A DNA stretch of 64,000 bases from Tubiluchus corallicola (taxonomy: Eukaryota; Animalia; Priapulida), in the NCBI GenBank assembly GCA_030141605.1, contig JAQGDQ010000038.1, positions 496,001 to 560,000 of the forward strand. Reading direction: 5' to 3'. Positions 53,901 to 64,000 of the stretch are shown one piece after another; position 1 is the stretch's first letter, and each line of letters opens with the position of its first letter. The position numbers and the translations under genes were made by a program. The notes under the pieces are model-generated. The model ran no database searches and had not been told where the DNA came from. It worked only from the letters and a program-made list of their open reading frames with translations.

Positions 53901-56900
53901 GTTCCCATTCAATAAGATCATTTAGTGTCTCAAATTTTGCAGGATCTGTGTCATATCTGTTTTTTAATTTCTGTAACATTAAATGTTATGTTAAATGACA
54001 AAGAAATGCTAAATGACAGCTCAGCAGGAACAGTTGGCATGACATGTTACATATAAATTATCAAAAAGCTCTATTGCCTTGAAGCGGTAGCTGTACTCTA
54101 CAAGTTTGTATTGAAAAAGTGCCTAAAGTGTTGCAAAAATACTGGTATGCAAAAACAGCATTTTGGTAGTTAACTTAAGGTAACACAAATAAGCTTATTG
54201 TGTATGTAAAATATAAAAAGGAAAATTATATAAACACGGAAAAAGGTAACTCATGTAGCATCACTTGCAGTTCAATCCTCTATTTTTTACTATTTTTAGA
54301 ACAATTATAGTAGACCATAAAATGTCTGAACAGTTATTATTAGATCCAATGTTTGAGACATTACATATTAGATTTTGCAGTGCTATGGCCTTTGAAACAT
54401 AGTCCCTGGGAACAAGTATCATTTTATTTATTCTGTAGGCTTACACATGCATTCACAACTAAAGAAAATCAAACACTTTGTAGAGTGACTTATAATTTTT
54501 GCCTTCTGCTTTGGCATCAAACAAAGTATGTAAGAAGCTAAACATGCTACACTAATGTCGGAGATAGTAAATATTAGCTGCCTCGTTAAACGATTCCAAA
54601 TCAGAGTGAATCCTTTTTCAAGACCTGCCTATCTAGCACACAATGGTCTTGAGTGCTAGTTAGTGTTATCAGCCTGTCAGCAGTGGTAGTTCGCTTGAAA
54701 CTGAATCACTGTCATAGTATTGAATATCATCAAAACTAAATAAATTTGCGCAAAACTTACTGTAATGTTTCCATTAATATCACTCTTTACTGGCTTAAAA
54801 GCAGCACTCATATAATCTGAAATATAAGCAAATTACCATAATAATCTACCACTATCACTAACAGTAAATATTGATCTCAAGACTCACAAAAGTAATGTAA
54901 CTAAATAATTCATTTAGTCCTTTGAATGAAAGTTTTTCACAGTTATTTACTAATGAACTTGAACTATCATACTTTTAAAACAAAACCAGCAAATAAGATA
55001 ATACAAATCATGGCTCACTTTATCAATCATCATTGACCACGATCATCATAATCATTTTGAAAACTGTAACTAATCACTACTGTCACCATTATTATTGTCA
55101 TCGTCGTAGCACCATCATTATTGTCTCCATCAACATCATCGCCATAAATTCCATCTTTCATTAAAACAAATCACTGATTCTAGAGCCTAAATTTGCTTCT
55201 TGTGTAAGATGTAAAATTTGCAAATACACACAAAGATTATGCTGATTTACTGAAAACTACAAAATCATCAATCACAACATGAAATCAATTCATGCTGTAA
55301 ATGGAGAACTTGTTAAAAAAGAATGTGTCATTGCAAGACGTGTGTATGAACTAGTCCTTATCTAGTTTTTAAATTACGGATTGCATCCATTATAGTATAA
55401 GGCTAACATTGCTAGTTAGGAAAGCTATAAGAGAGAAAGACTTAAACCGTTGATCTAGCCACACTTATAGCTGGATGTATTCCTGACAAACAGTTTTTTT
55501 GAACCCTACAGTACAAAAGTCTCAGTTAAAATGAAGTGGAAGGTTGGCATAAGGTTATTATGCTTTAAGTGTTTTTTGTGTTTAGCTAAATGAGCTGTAC
55601 GCAGACACTTAACTCACTCTCTCAAGCAGAAACCTACCATAACTATCAAATGCTTTTTGCATTTATAGGCCGCAGTTAAAAGTATCTAAGTTTCTTACCC
55701 ATTATTTCTTATGATCTTATCTGTCAAAGTGTAACTGGGAAATGGACAACTCTAGTCGTCAACACTTATACTGAATCTTCCTTGAGCAATGGACAACAAA
55801 GTCCATAAGACTGCTAAACTGGGCATAATTGATATAGATCTTTAATAAGTAACTTATCATTTTTAAAACCTTGAAAAGCTGATGGTTGACCCAAAAGAGA
55901 GGGACTAGGCTACACAAGTCTGGCAGATATTTTGGGTGACCTAACGTTGACCCTTCTTCCTCAAGATAATTGATTTATGGAATGCATTACCTCAGAAGAC
56001 CATGGAAGCAGTTATTATCAACCAATTTCAAAGGCCAATGATTCAATAGCATGTTGACAGTAAGAATAGAATTTATGTTGGATCCATGAGAAAGAAAGTT
56101 TGCAGACATAGAGTTTCTTGGATAATTTGATGCGATACTGGTCTACTTAGTTAACTCGAAGCAATGGATGCCCCCGCCTGTATGTTTTGCCCAAATATGT
56201 ATTACCTATATAATGTTTTTACTGTGTTCTACACCATATATAATGTACAAGCGCGCAAAAGCACTTTGCCATTTCTAATGAGTGTAATATATATTGTTGT
56301 GTGTAATATAGTGTAATATATATACACCTAATATATATAATATACACACCCAGTGTTGGGGGCGGTTTGGCACACTAGCCCATATATCTGGAAAACAAGA
56401 GTGGCATATGGGCTGCTCAAGTAGCGTACTGAGTTTCATTAGGCACACGTATGTAAAATTATAAAAAATAATGTTAATCAAAATTTTAGGCAAGCTTTCT
56501 CTTTCATTTCCTTGTAAAGTGTTGTAGCACTGTAAGCCACATTTAATGTTGTTTTATCTGCTATGTATATTGTAGAATTCAATGGTCTATTCATCTAAGA
56601 AGTTGAATTATCAATCTTATCTATCTATCTATCTAGCTTGGAACTATAATAATGACAGTAATGTAATATTTTCATTAATAATAACAAATTACATGTATAA
56701 TGAAATAAAGAAGCTAAGCCTGGGTTAGACCAAGATTAGTGCCGAATTTTGCGGTAAACAAAATACGGACTAATGCACCAAACGGCTCCAAAAAACCCAG
56801 TCTTGGATTCCTCACACGTAAAGGCTAAAGCTATCAAAAATAATAGCCACAAAGATGACAAAAAATAAACATTGGTAAGAAGGGGTTAGCTGCAAATTAA

Positions 56901-57162
56901 AGGCATACTTGCCCTTTAAAAATGGTCCGCTTGCTTTCTTATAAAATAATATAAATTTAACTAAATCTGCTTTTTATATTGGCGAAATAATTGCTATCAT
57001 GCCCCACTCTTTATAATCGTATTACTACTAATATAACTTATGTAATTTACCAAATACTTGTGGCACATTACATGTAGCCTCCAAAAACGCCTTTGTTCCA
57101 ATTCGCTTATCTTCAGGAACTTCTAAATATTTAGGAGAAGTATCAGCAAAGAAATTGGACAT
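50956..57162 (-). CDS. GLTP: Glycolipid transfer protein (GLTP family), 211 aa
   Basis: Exons 57162-57051, 54816-54761, 53970-53834, 52577-52427 and 51135-50956. Motifs F.PVKSDINGNITKL...YDTDP.KF.TL..L, DALLWLKRGL and AYE..LK.YHGWMVQKIFQ, with the sugar-recognition D/N/K/W/H residues present. Confidence 0.93.
55560..56060 (+). mobile_element. Decayed CR1-like LINE 3' fragment in GLTP intron 1
   Basis: Degenerate ORF2 tail motif I.DLWNALP...MEA...NQF. Confidence 0.55.
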
Positions 57163-57829
57163 TATTGTACTGCAATTGGAAGCTAGCAAAAACAATGCAC
57201 TATTCAGTATTCACACTCAAAATCAAAGTAACCAAACAGGAAATATTCTGTAATCTTAAAATAACACTAGAGGGTGCAACTCCCAGACAATTTTGCCAGA
57301 CGCATATTTCTATCTAAAAACAAACAATGGAAATACAAAATTTTGTTTTAACCCTTTGTGTTCTACGTTAGCGTTTATGCTATAAATGGTATTATGTTTT
57401 GGTTTAAATTCCATATAAAATTTTAAAAAAAACTTAAGTGTTTTTTATTTAACTATATTCATATATCGATTTTCTGGTCTGGTATTATTTACGATAGTAA
57501 CGGATCAGCACGCGGCGGCAATTTCAGAACGGATTTAATGAAGGAATTTTTGGGTTTTCTTCGCCCTAGGAATGCATAGCTGAAATACGTGAATTATATG
57601 ATTTATATATGACGCCAAACGACAAGTGTTAAACAAACTTAGTTGTGTGAAAATACACATTTATCATTGGTACTTCACAGCTATTAATTTTTACTTTATA
57701 TATAAACCATAAATAATTCATAATAACTGATGGGGATTTAGCTTATTTTGCTGTTAATCCCTCACTTTTCCGAGCGCACTGTAGGGAAACAAAAATTTGT
57801 GAAGGGTACCAGTGGAGGACTTCATGTCA

Positions 57830-58100
57830 TAGATAACCTTTGCTGTTCTCCAGAAGGCCAGTTAGGATCAATCTATTTTTCTGTGTGATTTTGCCAGTGT
57901 TTATCCAAACGAGCCTTGAATTGAGCTAAACTGGTGGACTCGACTACATATGAAGGCAGGTTATTCTAGGCGTTAACTACTCTACGTGGGAGTATCCGTC
58001 TTTCCTTTTGTTCAGTCTTCCATGCAGTCTTGTTCTGAGCAATTTAAATAGTGTCCTTTTGTTCTTTGTGTGCCCTGTTTTGTTTATGTCTGTCCAAATG
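57830..58100 (-). mobile_element. CR1-like LINE 3' fragment
   Basis: Minus strand RTKGHYL...RVVNA*NNLPSYVVESTSLAQFKARL, the typical CR1 ORF2 C-terminus. Confidence 0.7.
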
Positions 58101-58559
58101 TAGTCTATTCCATGCAATGTTCTATATCCTGTATCATGTCATGTAATCCACCGATTCTTACATGATGCAGATTCTTGCAATGTTAGTAGTGAAAGTACAG
58201 TACTCGTAGTTTTTGAGATAGGTTGGTGTTATATGTGAAACTTAGCATTGCATGTTGCACAAAAATGGCCGGTATTTATTTATAAAGACCCATAACTGGC
58301 TTAATCCCTAAGTTAACCATGGTAATAATGATTTTTACCCGTCACTAATTACACTGATGTAATGTGACACGGGACAAGGCATTATCTTAAAAGGTTTTTG
58401 GATATAATACATTGGAGTACTGCCAAATTAGTTTCAAATATGTGAGAGAAAAAGGCTACATGGCATTATGCGTGTACTGTGAGAGCTTTTCGTGTGTCAA
58501 GGAGTTGGGACAGCTATGAAATACAGACAAAACACGCATATGATATATGAATCATATGA

Positions 58560-58810
58560 TATAGGTGTACAGAATACTACCTGGGTAGAATGGGTGTTTT
58601 TGATCAGGCCTATATGAACACAGAACATACAAAGAACAAGACAACATTCATTTAAATTGCATTAAACAAGACTGCAGAAAAGATGAAGCAAATGCAGTTT
58701 TCCATAGAGTGACAAATACTTGAAATAACTTGCCTTCACATGTAGTTGAGTCTACTGGTATAGCACGTCTAAGGTATAAGGTTCATTTTGATAAACGTTA
58801 GCAGAATAAT
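58560..58810 (+). mobile_element. CR1-like LINE 3' fragment (same family as 57830-58100, inverted)
   Basis: acaaagaacaagacaacattcatttaaattgc...aataacttgccttcacatgtagttgagtctac aligns to the reverse complement of about 57925-58070. Confidence 0.7.
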
Positions 58811-60495
58811 TCTTAGAAACGTCATGGTCCTAAAAAACTTTTGGGAGCATCATAGTCTAGCAATTGAATAAGAATTGATAACAGAAGACTCCCAAGACCA
58901 AAAACCCAAAAGTTTGGATTCGAAAGACCTCACCTTGATATCTTGTAGTACAGCAAAGTTTAATCACAATCAGCAACATATTAATCATTAAGCTAACTAG
59001 GTTGTATCCTAGGGCAACAAAATTTGAGGGAAACCAGATTTTCTTGGGCTCATCCTAAATATTATTATTTTTACAGTTCTCCTGAAAATGTGTATCCTTG
59101 CATATTTCATTTAAAGTGCATACATACATACAAGCATAATCTGCATGATTAGTTTTAGGCATATATTCATTGTGTTCTAACCATAATTGTTAATCATCAG
59201 TAAACTAAATTAGTCAGCTTCCGTCTAGCAGCATTCATTAAGGCAATCGAAAGGGCATAATGCACTGCTTAAAGGGTTAAAAGGGGAGTCTGATACTTTG
59301 TGACTTTTCCCACTTTTTTACTAGCTTCATTATAGTACTTACTTCAAGTGCATATATGGTTTCTATTGTTTATAAACCACCCATTGTACACTGGTGCTTG
59401 ATGGGTCAGCTGTTGAGTTCCTTCAGAAGTAAACAGCTTGGTTATCGCAGGTTGCTTTCAACTAATACTTTTTGCAATTATAAATTTAAACATTTATAAG
59501 ATCCAATAGTTGAGAATAGGTGTTGCATCCTATAATACTGTGTCTCCTAATATTTATAGTAAAATTTGCATCCTACAGTGTAACCTCCTAATTAAGATCT
59601 TTTTGTAATGTTAGGGACAGTATGATTAATTACATTGTAGACTGGAAAACAATAATGTTAGCACTGTAGCATGTTCCCTCAATTTTGTTAAACATCTGAT
59701 TGAAAGCGGGAATTAATAGACTAGCAAGTTTTTCTTACTTTTCTTAGAGGTTGCCAATAGAATTTTGAAGACATAGTTGTAGATGCAATCAAATCCAGAT
59801 TACACTTTTTATAACACATGACCATAGTTATAACACACATCAGTCAATTACCGAGTCTGGTTGTATATAAATGCTATATAACAAACAAGTATAATTTGCA
59901 CAATTAATATATAAAAGTTACTAAATCACAAGCTGTTGCTCACTCTATTTCAATAACCACTATGTGAATGTGTGACAATTGCATATATTTAACAATAGCC
60001 ACTTACGTACTAGGTAGTGATGTTACGCCTTGATCACAATAGATAACCAAAACTGACAATTTACTATGTTACTGTGGAACGATGAATTTCATGTCATGTT
60101 TGTTTTTAGCAGCATACCCTGCTGTCCTCATGTAAAATTGTTTATGTTATAAGTGCTACTATGTTAATTAGCAGTATGTTTTCCTATACTTTCCTGCCAA
60201 ACAGTTTTTTGTGGTATTTTTATCACCAATAGGCTGCTTAATAAAGTTAGTTTTAGCTTGAAAATCAGAGATCACAGACATTAAGAAACAACCCACACTC
60301 TAGTGTGCTTAGAGAACAGCTGGCTGCCAAAATTGTAAAATTACTCGTATATAAAATTGTGATTGCAATCAATGATTGAGTTATTTATATATCTTTTGTG
60401 TGCCTTTGTTATAGTTTTTGTCAAGCAACTTTTTTTCATATAAAATTGTTGTTTCCTTATTTCCAGAACTGTAATTTACGTGAAACTACATAGCC

Positions 60496-63183
60496 ATGAG
60501 GACTTTTACTGAGACATATGGATCACGTGCAAATGCTAATTGTACAAATCCATTTATGGCAGTTTATATGTCATCAGAAAAAGTGGCAGAGGAATTTCGA
60601 ATAAAAAGGCGTGATCAAGAAGCTAGGCAACGAGAAATGTGGGAAAATAGGGCAAATTTTTTAAACTACCAGGACAATGTTACCCAACAGCAAAATTTGT
60701 GGGAGCAACCAGAATCATATCTAGACAGGTAGGGGCAAATCTTAACCATATTCATTATAAAGTTAATGATTTTAGTATTTTGTCATCTTGCACACACAAG
60801 TAAAATAACTTGCCTATTGAATCCCTTGATCATTTGGCCTGATTATTTTAAAAGTTTCTGTAAAATTAAAGTATAACCATAATTAAATTAAAGTCAATTT
60901 AGTTGGCCTATATTATTCAGTAGTATTACTATTCTAGCATGGAATGTGCCAGACGTATGCGAGATGATGATATAGCTGCGGCTAAAATAGCAGAGCGTCG
61001 AAGACAACTTGGAAATCTGCTTCATACTGAGAATGATAACTATGAGGTAACATACAGTTCTGTAACTAGCAGTAATGTGGACGGTTTACTTCAGTATAAA
61101 TTTGTGGTCCCAAATCTTACCTCCTTACCTCGGGAATCGTTTTGTTGTATCTCTTGCGAAACTCATACATTTGTTAAAGAAACTGCCACTAATGCAACTT
61201 TATTAGAAAGTGATCATGGGAAGTAATATCTGCACTCACGAGTTGAAGTTTCTTGGAACAAAATAGAAAATGTTGGCAAGTACAACTTAGTTAACCATTA
61301 AACAAAATGCCATGAAATTTGGAGCAAGTTTTAAGCTAAAAAAGTAGTTCTTGTGAAATTGCTCATTAACTTAATTTAACCTTTAAACAAATTTTCATTT
61401 ACAATAATTAATTTATTAAACTTGTTATTGCTTTTGAACTTGAACTATTAATTTTTAATAGATGGAGTTAAGGGATATTGCCATAGCGAAGCAAAAGAGT
61501 AGCGTTGGACTGGAAGCAATGAAGTCACGAGCTGAAATATTGCGAGAGAAAAGAGAAGCAGAAATAAAGCTGGTAAACCTACCCCTCACTTTTTTTATTT
61601 ACTTTTCCATCTTGGATACTGGATTTGAATTCTCTTGGACTTCAGAGTCGTTTTTAATGATTTTTCTCAACAATTGCCATTAGTTAAAATGCTCTTACAG
61701 TATGACATCATCGAGTTTGTTATCCCTAGAGCCTTGCTAAATATTTTGCATTGTAAAGGCCAAGATAATGTAAAAATTGAAGTGTGATTTTTCGGCATAC
61801 TATAGATACTATTTATAATCACACTTTTACTGTCTAAAAATTAAAAACAGGTTTCATTTGTGTATTTTTCTAAACTAAGCACTGTTTTGGATTAACTTGT
61901 CCCTGTTCACACTAAGTTGTCATGTAACATTTCAGCTTTAATGATTATTTTCAAATGCATGTAAAAGCAATGAAATCAGCTTATCTTTCTTCCATATGTC
62001 ATAGTGTACATGATTAAGTCTGTCTGATTAAAAACAAATAGATTACCTGGAACATAATAGTTTTTAAATCTGTACCATATAAAGCAAGAAAAATAAGAAA
62101 ATAATTATTCTAGGAAGCTGATCGACTGTACCACGAACACTGGAGGCAAAACTGCGAAAAATTAAGACATCTTGAAGCAGATAAAATGAAAGAGTATTAT
62201 GCAAAGTGCAGGGAAGAACAAATGAAAGAAAAAGAAGCGGTAATAATCAAGGGGCTTGTTGTGTATAAATCAATGTTCGTTCTGATTTACCCTCATTTAT
62301 AGTTATTCACATTTATGGGCCAGCTAAATGGTTTTGTTGTGTACCTAGCTAGAAAAGTTAAACAGTACTGGACCTGGTGAATGACCATCTGAGAACTATT
62401 TCTGGAAGGTTTCATCTGCCATACTGCTTCCAGTAGTTTCACTGAGGGATGGTATACACATCTCATCTTAGAGGATTTTGCTTGTTAATGAGCCACAAAT
62501 ATTTAACATTAGTAGTAGGCTCTGCCATTAAGTGTTACATCTGGCTTATTATGTGTTGTCATGTGGAAGAAGTCCTATATTTCTTTTAATACTTGTAAAG
62601 CCTATTTTATAAAGATAACTTTTCTTTGTTAATTTTTTTAATTTTCTGTCACAGGAATTTAGTATTTAAATTTAGTATCACAGGAAATTAAGATATTGTA
62701 ATCCATGAAAGAGTTACTTTATCTATAAGCTATGATAAAAAAGCCTTTCTGTAAGTTGATATTTTGTTCATGGCTTGATATGAGGTTGCCAGAGAACGTA
62801 TCATCTCCGAATTGGTTATGTGGAAAAGGGCAATTTAATGTTTTCGTTGAAGTTAGTATGGTTCATTTTATTAATGAATTTTACCAAAAACGTAACTGAA
62901 ATATTTGACAGTGTTCTTACAATATGAGGCCAGTTATGGGTATTGGAAAATGTTAAAATTAACTAGATAAGTTTTTTATCAATATTATACATTTCGTCTG
63001 CTAGATGGAATGTTCTTTTCACAGGAAGAAGCAAAACTTTTACAAGAAAAATTGTTGCTGCAAAGGGAAATGGAAAAACAGCGAGAACTGGCATCTCAAG
63101 TACAAGCAGAAGAAGCTGCACGGAAACAACTGGGCAGAGAACAGTACAGATCTACCTTGGATTCACAAGTTAAAGAGCTTCGC
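60496..63183 (+). CDS. TCHP: Trichoplein keratin filament-binding protein (TCHP/CFAP53 family); 5' part only (gene continues right of the window)
   Basis: Phase-consistent exons 60496-60728, 60938-61046, 61462-61572, 62114-62239 and 63025-63183. Contains RR.QEAR.R..WE, W....SY..SM, RR..L..LL..E, A..L..EHW..N...LR..E, then an E/R/Q-rich coiled coil. Confidence 0.8.
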
Positions 63184-63639
63184 GTATGTGTCAACCCTCC
63201 AGACAATTTTTCCCAATACAATTTACCTTTATAAACTTTTTGTCTTCTAACAACACAAGTTAATTTTTAATGATTGTTAATCGAAAACCTGTTCGGTCCC
63301 GCTGGTTGCGCCGGTAAGCCAGATTGCGGCAAACTTAACAGGTGTCAGGCAGAGCACAACGACTGGGGAATAAAATATATAGGGTTTACAACTACCTCAC
63401 AGCATACGCTGCATAGGCTGACATATGTGGTGGCAATTGATACACCTAGGAAATGTTGCAGGTTGGTTTATGTACAGACATTAATGAGTTTGAACTTACA
63501 TATTATTATTCAAATTTTCTTGCTTTAATATTGGCAAGGCCAAATCTGTGCACTGGAATTTACCGAAACCAGGTTGATGTAAAGTTATTTGTTTACCTCG
63601 GGTTGAAAGCCACCTGTCCATGCAGAATAAGCAACGAAA

Positions 63640-63791
63640 TGAACCCAGATCTGCAAAAATAGTTGAGAAATAGGTTAGATCCATGACTGCGCCGGGTCCA
63701 CAAGCAATGTGGATCTGCATTCCACAAATCCGCAACGAAACCTTGCAGGTCCGGTGTTCACTAATCCTCAAATGCGGACCATGCATCTCTA
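63640..63791 (-). mobile_element. hAT-like element terminus (TAGAGATG with gcgga/ggacc repeats) in a TCHP intron
   Basis: The minus strand starts tagagatgcatggtccgcatttg...gcggatttgtggaatgcagatccac. Confidence 0.35.
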
Positions 63792-64000
63792 GTATCTACA
63801 TTTAGTTTTTTATTCAGAATATGAATATAATGATGTATCATAGTGCAAACTGGTATAGTACCAAATTTTATCACATGTTTGTTACAGAAGGCACTTAAAT
63901 GAAATGTTATTTGTTGCCACCAGGTATAATATTCAGTATTCAGTAATTTCTTTAGGTCGCTCTAGATTGCTCTTGTAAGTGTGTCAGTAAATTCATTTCT

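Overview
AT-rich, intron-containing eukaryotic DNA from an invertebrate animal (compact genes, GT-AG introns of about 0.1-3 kb, many MITEs and LINE fragments), with one 459-nt assembly gap. I built exon-by-exon models with phase-consistent splice sites for nine protein-coding genes. They are: a type II (alternative) NADH dehydrogenase (-, 3' part outside the window); an uncharacterised zinc-finger/coiled-coil protein (+); BOLA2 (+); an intronless RBMX2 (+) starting only 123 nt after the BOLA2 stop; NDUFS8 (-); DCTPP1 (+); FKBP6/shutdown (-), with three extra 3' exons encoding a degenerate R3H-like domain; GLTP (-); and trichoplein TCHP (+, 3' part outside the window). The most interesting observations are the probable bicistronic or operon-like BOLA2-RBMX2 unit, the FKBP6 C-terminal R3H-like module with a degenerate Hsp90 clamp, a stand-alone Castor/TRMT1L-like double zinc-finger protein, an animal NDH-2, and a perfect 31-bp intronic hairpin. 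All homology calls come from motif recognition by eye; no database search was run.
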